Shown piece after piece: positions 18,248 to 26,475 of a DNA stretch of 64,000 bases. The notes beneath the pieces are model-generated. The model was not told the origin of the DNA and did not search any database. It was given only the letters and a program-made list of their open reading frames with translations. Both the position numbers and the translations under genes were made by a program. Source of the DNA: an uncultured bacterium (GTDB lineage Bacteria > Patescibacteriota > Minisyncoccia > Phycocordibacterales > UBA9973); the NCBI GenBank assembly GCA_903894565.1, contig CAITQP010000007.1, positions 28,213 through 92,212 on the forward strand, written 5' to 3'. The first letter of the stretch is position 1. The number at the start of each line of letters is the position of its first letter.

Positions 18248-19369
18248 TTATTTCTTAATCCCAAGAAGAGGCAGGACCGCGCCCTCGCCGCCGTTATCAC
18301 CAACAAGGGCATTCCCTGATCCATCCTTGTTAATTGAATACATCAGATGCTCTCCGAAATCTCCACCCTTTGAGGAATCGATACTCTCATATGCCAACTT
18401 GTCGCTTGATAGCCAAGCAATCGGCTGAACTATCACCTTTCCGTTCTGCGAAAGCATCTTAGATGTTTGCAGGCTAGCAATATCAGCAAGGTAAATGCCT
18501 CCCGTTGTACTGTTCGCAAAACTGTAAGCAAGGTTTTTTCCATCTGGCGACCAAATGAGATTTACGTAAGAATCCGTATTGCTCTGGATAACAGTCTGGT
18601 TAGAAGAGCTATCGAGGTTAGTAATCCCAATAGTGTACGGAGACTTCCAGTCGGTATAATACTCGCCCGGAACAAATGTAATGTATGCTACTTTGCTTTT
18701 ATCAGGAGAGAACGTGACGTTATTGATGCTGACGACATTTGGAACGGCAGTCTTTTCGATAGCGCCGCTTGTCATATTGATTGCAATCATGCCTCCGGAA
18801 GTCGCTCCATGATCACGCCCGGGGAGAACAAGAACATACATTTCTGAACTATCAGCCGACCATGCGACAGGCTTCAGCGGGAATAGTCCGTACTGCGTCA
18901 GAGAATATTTCCCCGTCAGATCTGCGATCATTTTTTGATCAGTGCCGTCATTATTAACTGTCCATAATTGGATAGAGGGATTGGGATTAAAGGTATTCGG
19001 AGCTTTTGAAAGAAATTGGGTATTCTTGAAATATGCGATCCGCTTTCCATCTGTAGAAATAGAAGGATAGGTGTAATCGCCGTCAGCTGGAAGATTGGCA
19101 ACTTTTTTTGGATCCTGACCATTTCCAACGATTGACAAGACACCGTCTTTTATTACGGCGAATTCTCCAGCGTCAGAGTAAGTAGTGTACCCCGCATAGA
19201 ACCCGCTATTTACGGAAAAAGGCGTAACACTTTTTGAAGAAGGCGTTTTTTCTGATGTTGAAGGCAAGTCCTGAACGGAGTCTTTTTGAGCATGCTTAAG
19301 AACGAAAGCATACATGGCAAGTGCTACGACTAAAACAGCGAGAATTCCTATAACGATATTCTTTTTCAT
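18248..19369 (-). CDS. Membrane-anchored TolB/PD40-like beta-propeller protein
   Basis: N-terminal TM; ISTDGKRIAY, WSADS, FSPDKSKVAY, WSPDGKNLAY repeats. Confidence 0.8.
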   Translation of the reverse strand: MKKNIVIGILAVLVVALAMYAFVLKHAQKDSVQDLPSTSEKTPSSKSVTPFSVNSGFYAGYTTYSDAGEFAVIKDGVLSIVGNGQDPKKVANLPADGDYTYPSISTDGKRIAYFKNTQFLSKAPNTFNPNPSIQLWTVNNDGTDQKMIADLTGKYSLTQYGLFPLKPVAWSADSSEMYVLVLPGRDHGATSGGMIAINMTSGAIEKTAVPNVVSINNVTFSPDKSKVAYITFVPGEYYTDWKSPYTIGITNLDSSSNQTVIQSNTDSYVNLIWSPDGKNLAYSFANSTTGGIYLADIASLQTSKMLSQNGKVIVQPIAWLSSDKLAYESIDSSKGGDFGEHLMYSINKDGSGNALVGDNGGEGAVLPLLGIKK

Positions 19370-19407
19370 ATAACTAAATTTTATCACACATCATGCTTAA
19401 AATCTCC

Positions 19408-19581
19408 AAACACCCGGCCTGGATTCGAACCAACTCAATTAGCAAAAATACCTTCGCACTAGAAGGTATTTTTGCTAATCCACGCACATTTTGAATTTTT
19501 GACGCTTCTCGGTCTATAACCAACATTTCCTAAAATACGTTGGTAATTAAGGCCTTTCGGTCGGTCTCACTGTTTTGCTGC
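19408..19581. repeat. 174-bp att-like module, copy 2 (ends in predicted att core TGCTGC)
   Basis: See copy 1; includes 16-bp identity cctggattcgaaccaa to the tRNA-Gln T-arm. Confidence 0.9.
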
Positions 19582-19712
19582 GGGGACTAGACCAAGTTAG
19601 AACCGCACTAATGACAATTTCGGACCTAAATCGATTCGCAATTGTGGCAAAATGGCAGACAATTATTTAATTAAAACGCCATTCTTGAGCTAACGTATTT
19701 TGAGGAATTTAC

Positions 19713-19740
19713 TTGACAAAGTATATATATTGTGTATAAT
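19713..19740 (+). promoter_or_regulatory. sigma70-type promoter
   Basis: TTGACA-16 bp-TATAAT. Confidence 0.65.
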
Positions 19741-19850
19741 ACATACCGTTCATTGAACTATAGCGGGAATGGAGAAGTCCGCAGAAAGCCATCAAGGAAA
19801 CAATTGATCTCGGTCGCACTGACGTACAGGGCACAAACGCACATTTACAA

Positions 19851-20360
19851 ATGAAAAGCGTTAAACTAACACTCACAAAGCTTGGCATCGCCGCTTGTGA
19901 AAGAATGTTCAAACCAGGCATCGAAACAATCGAATTGCCAGGAATCGGAGAAATGAAGGTGGTGACAATCCTCACGCACGAGGATGAAGCCATTGACGTA
20001 ATGAGGCTCGAAGCAGAGCTACACCCAACCAGTTCTCGTGGCTGGATCAAGCAATGCCTCATGTGGGGAGTGAAGCTTGGACAGGAAGTTCTCCCAGAAT
20101 CAAATAATGGAGAGAGCATCATGAGCCTCATCGTCCGCACATTGGTCGCCCTCGACACCGAACATGTGCCGTGTAATTTTATCCTCATGCGGTCGCACGT
20201 CCGTGATGAGGGTGCCGTACAGCACAGGAGTGATTGTTACTACAACTATCACATCGCCCAGCCACAGCAGGAATTGATTGCCGTCGCCGTGCGGAACGCA
20301 AAAATCGCGGGGCATCACCCAGACCATGCGCTCATGCTGATACCTGGCGCACTTAGTTAA
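19851..20360 (+). CDS. Orphan hypothetical protein
   Basis: 169-aa ORF with promoter and terminator agccgtcca..tgggcggct-ttt (20381-20410). Confidence 0.6.
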   Translation: MKSVKLTLTKLGIAACERMFKPGIETIELPGIGEMKVVTILTHEDEAIDVMRLEAELHPTSSRGWIKQCLMWGVKLGQEVLPESNNGESIMSLIVRTLVALDTEHVPCNFILMRSHVRDEGAVQHRSDCYYNYHIAQPQQELIAVAVRNAKIAGHHPDHALMLIPGALS

Positions 20361-20479
20361 AGAAAACAAATTGAAGTAACAGCCGTCCATCACAAGTGGG
20401 CGGCTTTATTTTTTATAGAATAAAAAAGAGGCTCTCAAAAAATGAAAGCCTCATAAAAATCTGTTTTGCACAATAGAAA

Positions 20480-21019
20480 TCAGGCAGTTGCCTTTTTAAA
20501 GATAAACCTCTCATGAATGGGAATCTTGTGCTTTATTCCGTCTGGCTCAAACAGTTTCAAAATCTCGGATTCAAGAATCCCTCCGAATGTCTCAACGGGG
20601 TAGCCTGCGTCCTCGACCAGTTGCCCGAACTGTATCTTTTTCTTCCGCACTGGAAGGTCTTTTCGGTGAACACCGAAAATAATTTCCCGTATGCCAGTCT
20701 GAAAAATGACAGAACTGCACATTTGGCAGGGTTCGGCAGTCGTGTAAATTGTGCATCCTTCGAGACGCTCACTGCGCTGTTCCTTGCACGCCTTGCGTAT
20801 CGCCACGATCTCAGCGTGATTGGTCGGGTCACAGGTATGCTTGTCTTTGGCATGACCCCTACCGATGACTTCGCCATTTCGCACGACGACCGCACCGATG
20901 GGAAGCTGATTTTTCTTTACTTTCTTGGCTTGCTTGATCGCCTCACGCATGAAATGCTCATCATACGGATTGTTCGCCCCGTGATTTGCTGGAGGGGGGG
21001 GTAACTCTTTTCTAACCAT
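20480..21019 (-). CDS. Zinc-dependent nucleoside deaminase (TadA/guanine deaminase-like)
   Basis: FMREAI, PIGAVVV, DPTNHAEIVAIR, YTTAEPCQMC. Confidence 0.9.
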   Translation of the reverse strand: MVRKELPPPPANHGANNPYDEHFMREAIKQAKKVKKNQLPIGAVVVRNGEVIGRGHAKDKHTCDPTNHAEIVAIRKACKEQRSERLEGCTIYTTAEPCQMCSSVIFQTGIREIIFGVHRKDLPVRKKKIQFGQLVEDAGYPVETFGGILESEILKLFEPDGIKHKIPIHERFIFKKATA

Positions 21020-21132
21020 GTCTATATTTTTTAGTGGGTTACCTGAAACTCCGAAAGCCAGAGGCTCGGGTAACCCACGAAAATCCTGTCAAAGAGCGAT
21101 GTATAATTTTACATTAACACGAATTGCATTTT

Positions 21133-21161
21133 TTGACAATCAAACTAAATCGTGTTATTTT
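21133..21161 (+). promoter_or_regulatory. sigma70-type promoter
   Basis: TTGACA-17 bp-TATTTT with TGn. Confidence 0.55.
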
Positions 21162-21207
21162 TAAACCGAAAAAGCAAATTCATCACAATTCAAAAATATG
21201 ATCAATC

Positions 21208-22044
21208 ATGCAAACAGAAACACTTACTCGCCCAAAGAGCGAAGTCATGAAAGAGCTTCGCTCGGCACTCATAGCCGCATTTGAAATCATTGGCTACAAG
21301 AATTTCGTACACTACAGAATATCCAAGGAAAATCACCTCACATCGTATTTCGACATCACCATCTTGGGCGATGAGAATGCGGACAAGAGGAAGCTGAAAT
21401 GGGATGCCCTGCTGGATTCTATTATCAGGGAGTTCGAGACGGAAGCGAACTTCAAGGTGCTGGACGACCAGAACGAGCAGATCCGCTTGTGGGTCGGACA
21501 GGAATGCGAACTGCGCCAGAGCCAGCCGAAGAAAGAGATCGTCATCGCGGTTGAAGAAATTGTCGAGGAAGTGATTGAACAGTTGTCATTTTTTTCTCCA
21601 CTGATTCCCGTCAAAAAGGAAGAGAAGCCGAAACCCGTGCCCGTCGCACAAGCACCCAAAGCAAAGGTCATGGTCAAGCCGAGCATGTTTCTCAAATCAC
21701 ACAAGAAAGGCAAGGCGATCTACGACAAGAGGATTCTGGCGGACATGTACATGACAATCTATATGTCACTACAGAAAGAAGCCAAGCTGAAACTTGGAAG
21801 CGACTTCAGCCTGAGCAATCCCGATGGCTCGTCGCTTGAGCTAAAGTTCGTCCCGAGCCAGAGCAACGCTGGGCTGTCTGTCGCAGAGAGAGTTTCAAGA
21901 GCGCGCACGCATTTTGAGACCAAGTTCAACAACGATACGACCAATCCTTATTTTCCCATTACGCTCGGCAAGGATTCCGTGCATGAGGAGATTATCGTTT
22001 TGAACGTCGCCGAGGAATATCACAGGCGATGCGAGACAAAGTAA
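21208..22044 (+). CDS. Orphan hypothetical protein
   Basis: 278-aa ORF with central Pro/Lys linker; followed by terminator. Confidence 0.6.
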   Translation: MQTETLTRPKSEVMKELRSALIAAFEIIGYKNFVHYRISKENHLTSYFDITILGDENADKRKLKWDALLDSIIREFETEANFKVLDDQNEQIRLWVGQECELRQSQPKKEIVIAVEEIVEEVIEQLSFFSPLIPVKKEEKPKPVPVAQAPKAKVMVKPSMFLKSHKKGKAIYDKRILADMYMTIYMSLQKEAKLKLGSDFSLSNPDGSSLELKFVPSQSNAGLSVAERVSRARTHFETKFNNDTTNPYFPITLGKDSVHEEIIVLNVAEEYHRRCETK

Positions 22045-22058
22045 TTGCATTTTTATTT

Positions 22059-22097
22059 TAGGGCTACCCGCTGAACGCTGGTAGCCCTATTTTTTTC
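22059..22097 (+). terminator. Intrinsic terminator
   Basis: tagggctacc..ggtagcccta followed by T8. Confidence 0.75.
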
Positions 22098-22129
22098 TAA
22101 AAATAAGAATCGGTGCGTTCTCAAAGAAA

Positions 22130-24475
22130 TCAGAATGAATCTTTCAAAGAATCCCAGCCAGTAAATGAGTCTGAATGCGAATATTTTTCATTAGTGTTAA
22201 TCTTCCATCCATTCGGACCGTCCTGCACAGCTATACCTCCATCAAAACCTTTTTTGCTTTTGAGCCATACCCGAAGTGCTTCCGCTTTGTAGGTCGTGTC
22301 CGGCATCTCGGCTGTCGAGCCCTTCTTGGTGTCAATGACCCAAACCGCGCTTTTCGTCTTTACGATCCAGTCAGGATAAAAGAGCTTCTCCTTGTTCTCG
22401 TCGGGATTGAAATACGAGATCGAGAAGTATTCACTTCCGGCGTCGCCGTTCTTGTACCACCAAAGAACACTCTTGTGTGCTTCGAGGAATGAGATGAACT
22501 CCTTTTCGTTATCTTCGCCTTTATATTCCTTTTCGATGTAGAACGGCTGTAGCGCCGATTTTTCGGCTTTGATCTTTGCCTCCTTGGCTGTGTGGTAGGC
22601 ATCAGTGAAAAAGAGCGTCTGGCGCGGGATTTCAATCGTCTCCGTGCGCTTGGACCGCTCGGATTTTTTGTTCACCTCGCGCTCGCGGATCGGGCGATAG
22701 GTGGCTAGGGCGTCGCCGACGACGGGAGCAAGGACGCTCGCCGGATTGAGCAGATCGGCCACCACGATCCGGTAGATCGTCTGGCGCGTTTCGCCGATCC
22801 GGTTCAGGAGCCAAACATTTAGAGCCGTCTTCAGCTTGCCCCAGGAACGTTCGGGAGCGAACTTCTTATTCTCGTCCACTTGCTTGGAGATAAGCGCAAA
22901 GCATCGGAGATTATAGAGACGTTCAAGGTCGTACTGTGACATCTCCTGATCGTGCTCGCTTCCCTCGGAGAGAAGCTCCCTGGTGAAGTTGTCATAGTCG
23001 TCGATTTCAACGCCAACAATGATACCGTTGGTCACTATCGGTTCTGGCTCAAGGTTCTTGGCGGCGAGCTTTTTGAGGGCCACTTGCTTGCTATCATTTT
23101 TGGAGATGCCGAAGTATTTATCGGCCGCTTTGGAGAACGTCTCTTGAAAGCTGTCACCAAGGTCATTGTAGTCTGTGCGGCTCATGAAGATTGACTCAAG
23201 CTCGACCGGCTCGACGTCCTCCCTGCGGTGGCTCGGGAAAATAGCCGGACGATTATCGGACTTTGATTTGGCATATTCCGCGAGAACTTCGTTGCGCTTG
23301 TAGTTCGTGTAGAGATAGCCCACGTTCAGCTCCGGCCGCGCGAAATGGACACCGAGCGGCATACGGAGGATACGTCCGACCGTCTGGATGGCGAACGTCG
23401 GGTTCTTGATCTCACGAAACATGACGAGCACTCCCGCGCGTGGGCAATCCCATCCAGTCGCGGCGGCTTGCTTGAACAGGAGGAATGACTTGGGCGAGTT
23501 ATTTTTCTCGATGTCCTGTAAATTAACCTTGTCATCCGAGAGCCAAACGGCGATTTCGTCTTCGAGAACGCCTTTCTGCTTCAAGAAGTTGAGAACTATA
23601 TTCTGTTTGTTGACTGTAGCCGTGTCCTTGCTGGCCTGGTCGTCATTCGGAAGCTGTATAAGGACGAGCGGATTGATGTCTTTGCCGAGCGATTTGTAGT
23701 GTACGGCAAGCTCGCGCCGCTTGTCGAAAGCGAGGGCAAGGAGGATGTCGTCCTGGTCCATGCTCTTGAACTCCTTACGATTAAGGTCTTCTTCTGTCTG
23801 AAAAATGATTTTCTCTTTAATAAGTCCTGCCTCCACGACGTCGTCCCGCTTGGCCTGGACGAAGCCACCGCGCCGCTCGCCAATCTCCTCGGCGTTCGGG
23901 ATATACTTCGGCGTAGCCGAGACGCGGATCGTGATTTTCGGCTGAATGAGGCCGTCCACGATCTCCATGGCAAGGTCCGTGTCGGACCCGATGTGTTCCT
24001 CGTCGATGATAACCACGAGCTTGCGTCCGTCCTCGTGAGTACGGTTGATGACGTTGTCGAACGTGAAGCCCCACTCGTTCTCTTTGCGGAGCTTGCGACT
24101 CTCTTTGCTCTTGCCTTTAATCTTCTGCCAGTTGATGAAAAAGACCGAGTTCTTTGAAAGCTTGCCTCGTGTCAGATCGTTGAGATCAAGCAGGTCGAGT
24201 TCGGATGCGCCGCCGTAGTATTCAAAGAGTTTGTTCTTGCTCTGGACATACGAGTCCTCGCTGAACGTAAGCCAAAGAAAGGCAACATCGTTTCCCTGGA
24301 AGCGCGGATCGCCGACAAGGTCCCGAAGGAACTGCGCGATCATGATCGTTTTGCCCGAGCCGGTAGGCGATTTGAAAACGAGCGGGATGTTCTGGTGCGG
24401 CGATTTCCAGAGCGAAAGGAATTCATCCTTGAGCTTCGCTACGGTCGTTTCTTGGAATGGTTTGAGTGCAAACAT
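22130..24475 (-). CDS. res: Type III restriction endonuclease Res subunit
   Basis: SPTGSGKT Walker A, IIDEEH, SATP, GWDCPRA, QTVGRILR, C-terminal YPDWIV...IDTK nuclease. Confidence 0.9.
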   Translation of the reverse strand: MFALKPFQETTVAKLKDEFLSLWKSPHQNIPLVFKSPTGSGKTIMIAQFLRDLVGDPRFQGNDVAFLWLTFSEDSYVQSKNKLFEYYGGASELDLLDLNDLTRGKLSKNSVFFINWQKIKGKSKESRKLRKENEWGFTFDNVINRTHEDGRKLVVIIDEEHIGSDTDLAMEIVDGLIQPKITIRVSATPKYIPNAEEIGERRGGFVQAKRDDVVEAGLIKEKIIFQTEEDLNRKEFKSMDQDDILLALAFDKRRELAVHYKSLGKDINPLVLIQLPNDDQASKDTATVNKQNIVLNFLKQKGVLEDEIAVWLSDDKVNLQDIEKNNSPKSFLLFKQAAATGWDCPRAGVLVMFREIKNPTFAIQTVGRILRMPLGVHFARPELNVGYLYTNYKRNEVLAEYAKSKSDNRPAIFPSHRREDVEPVELESIFMSRTDYNDLGDSFQETFSKAADKYFGISKNDSKQVALKKLAAKNLEPEPIVTNGIIVGVEIDDYDNFTRELLSEGSEHDQEMSQYDLERLYNLRCFALISKQVDENKKFAPERSWGKLKTALNVWLLNRIGETRQTIYRIVVADLLNPASVLAPVVGDALATYRPIREREVNKKSERSKRTETIEIPRQTLFFTDAYHTAKEAKIKAEKSALQPFYIEKEYKGEDNEKEFISFLEAHKSVLWWYKNGDAGSEYFSISYFNPDENKEKLFYPDWIVKTKSAVWVIDTKKGSTAEMPDTTYKAEALRVWLKSKKGFDGGIAVQDGPNGWKINTNEKYSHSDSFTGWDSLKDSF

Positions 24476-24476
24476 A

Positions 24477-26216
24477 TTAGAGTCGGTTAATTTCCTTGTA
24501 AACCTCAATGATCGGCTCGGGAATATCCTCGACTCGGATATGGTCTGTTGAGTACTCGTTTTTGTATTCGTTCTTACCCCAACTGAAAGCGTAAAGGACG
24601 ACAGGGGTGTTCTTCTTTTCGAGCAATTTTATGAGTTCGGGAAGCTTGGTTTTGTCCTCCTTGAAGTAGATGGCGGTCAGCTTGCCGTTGCCCTCGAAAA
24701 TCTGCCACCAATCGGTACGCTCGATTTCGCTGAGCGTATCCTCACGGAGTGCGATCATCTCTCCGGCTTGATGGGATATTTTAACCCTTGCTTCGTCCGA
24801 AATTTTCTGGAGCTTGTCGATGTTCACGAGATCGGTCTTGTAGTACGAGAGATTGCCGCCGAGACCGGAAACGGCCTCGCCCTTCTTGTTCTTGTAGCCT
24901 TTCATGACGCGCTTGATGCGTTCGTAGGTCACTTCCTCGCAAATCTTGTTCTCGTTATTGGTACAAAGAATGAAGCGACGGTTGCCGCCGTCTTGCTTGT
25001 TGAGTTCGAGAACTGCGTGGCCGGTCGTGCCCGAACCGGCGAAAAAGTCAAGGACCGTGGCGTTTTTATCTTCCGACAAAACAAGTATCGAGTCTATAAG
25101 CGCATGAAGTGATTTCGGGTAGTCAAACTTTTTTTCTCCAAGTAGAGATGTTAGTAAGTTCGCACCCATTGATGAGGCAGAGTAATCGGGCTTATCCCAA
25201 ATCGTATAAGGCAACATCCATTCATCACGCATTCTGCCTTTGTAGTAGACCGAGGGATTTTTGTCTTTGTCTAAACGAACGCCCATCTCGGTATTTTTTA
25301 CCGCTTCAACAGTATCGATTGACCATTTCCACGTTCTCTCGCGCCCGTTCGGGTCTACAGGGATTGAAATTACTTCGGAAGCATTAGGCTTTTCTAAAAG
25401 GTCATAAGATTGCCTCTCCGTATTCCATTTTAATTTTGGTATCCGAAAGCCCGAGCAATCCTTCTTTACGAAGATAGGATACTTCATTCTTGGTGACTCA
25501 GTACTGTATTGAGCGCGGAAGTTTCTCCACTCAAACGGACCATTAGCATCGGATTGTTTATAGCGATCGATCTGTTCCTGAGTTCTTGGAAGCCTACCAA
25601 TTTTTGCTTTCGACGAACGACCGTAAAAAAGTGCATACTCGTGAGAAACCTGAAAACCAGAAACACTAGAGCGTCCTTGCGGATTGTTTTTTATTACAAC
25701 TGTCCCAAGATGATTTTCTTCTCCAAATATTTCATTCATCAAAAGCGTCAAGGTGGCAATCTCGTAATCGTCGATGGTTACGAGAATTATTCCTTCATCT
25801 TTTAAGAGCGAACGTGCCAGGCGTAATCGCTTTTCCATAAAGCTAAGCCATTTACTGTGACGAAAAGCGTCGTTGCCATCGACGTAGTCATTGTTATAAA
25901 TCCAGTTTTTTGCTCCTGTGTTGTATGGCGGATCAGCGTATATTGCATCAACTTTTCCTGAATGAGTATAGTTTAAAACTGAAAGCGAATGATAATTGTC
26001 TCCCTCTATTAAAATGTTTTTCGGTAAGCAATCATTATTGACGATTTTCCTACTCTGGACCTCCTTCAAAAGTGGCACGTTCTCCGCGCATTGCAAAACA
26101 ACATCCTCCGGTTTGTGTTCCCAAACCAAGCCGTATTTTTTCTGGTTCTTTAATTTTTTGATCTCGGATTGTAAATCGGAGATGCGAGCCAGTAGCTCTT
26201 TTGTATTTTCTGACAT
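24477..26216 (-). CDS. mod: Type III DNA methyltransferase Mod subunit (N6-adenine)
   Basis: KKYGLVWE, LIEGDN, DPPYNTG, HSKWLSFM, FDYPK, LDFFAGSGTTGHAV, RRFILCTNNE. Confidence 0.92.
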   Translation of the reverse strand: MSENTKELLARISDLQSEIKKLKNQKKYGLVWEHKPEDVVLQCAENVPLLKEVQSRKIVNNDCLPKNILIEGDNYHSLSVLNYTHSGKVDAIYADPPYNTGAKNWIYNNDYVDGNDAFRHSKWLSFMEKRLRLARSLLKDEGIILVTIDDYEIATLTLLMNEIFGEENHLGTVVIKNNPQGRSSVSGFQVSHEYALFYGRSSKAKIGRLPRTQEQIDRYKQSDANGPFEWRNFRAQYSTESPRMKYPIFVKKDCSGFRIPKLKWNTERQSYDLLEKPNASEVISIPVDPNGRERTWKWSIDTVEAVKNTEMGVRLDKDKNPSVYYKGRMRDEWMLPYTIWDKPDYSASSMGANLLTSLLGEKKFDYPKSLHALIDSILVLSEDKNATVLDFFAGSGTTGHAVLELNKQDGGNRRFILCTNNENKICEEVTYERIKRVMKGYKNKKGEAVSGLGGNLSYYKTDLVNIDKLQKISDEARVKISHQAGEMIALREDTLSEIERTDWWQIFEGNGKLTAIYFKEDKTKLPELIKLLEKKNTPVVLYAFSWGKNEYKNEYSTDHIRVEDIPEPIIEVYKEINRL

Positions 26217-26398
26217 AGGCGATACTATGTCAGGCGGTTCTTATTGAAATTGAAGCTCAAAAAGGGGGACGCCTGATGATCGCCACATAGTACATAGGCC
26301 GAGGCCGTCGCTCATGTGCATCAGGTGTTGCCCCCTTGTTGCTCACGAACGACAGCCCGGCCCCTTTTGAAGGGCTTGGTCCAATACTATGTGGCGAT
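26211..26398 (-). ncRNA. Candidate structured leader (pseudoknot) of mod-res operon
   Basis: 14-bp perfect outer stem, ~16-bp inner stem, loop complementary to downstream 17 nt, hairpin occluding the ATG. Confidence 0.55.
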
Positions 26399-26475
26399 AA
26401 GTATAGCTTAACAGAAAAACCAATTTTTTACACTAAACGTGGTAAAATGACTATTCATAAAACAAAAAAAACGCC

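Noticed and set aside
19418-19433. 16-bp T-arm identity as the element's att core
   Set aside because: The tRNA acceptor 3' end is not duplicated beside it, so crossover here would break the tRNA. The TGCTGC core fits better but is not proven.
19408-19440. Additional tRNA gene at the T-arm match
   Set aside because: Only T-arm sequence is present, with no acceptor, D or anticodon arms.
17975-19581. CRISPR array or classical integron attC interpretation of the repeats
   Set aside because: Only two long modules with no regular repeat-spacer period, no cas genes, no RYYYAAC/GTTRRRY attC ends, and no IntI-specific insertion recognised in the tyrosine recombinase.
22175-24551. Many overlapping alternative-frame ORFs in res and other GC-rich genes
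   Set aside because: Shadow ORFs expected from GC-rich codon usage; no motifs or start signals.
24477-26216. Phase-variable mod (phasevarion)
   Set aside because: No simple-sequence repeat tract was seen in the mod coding region.
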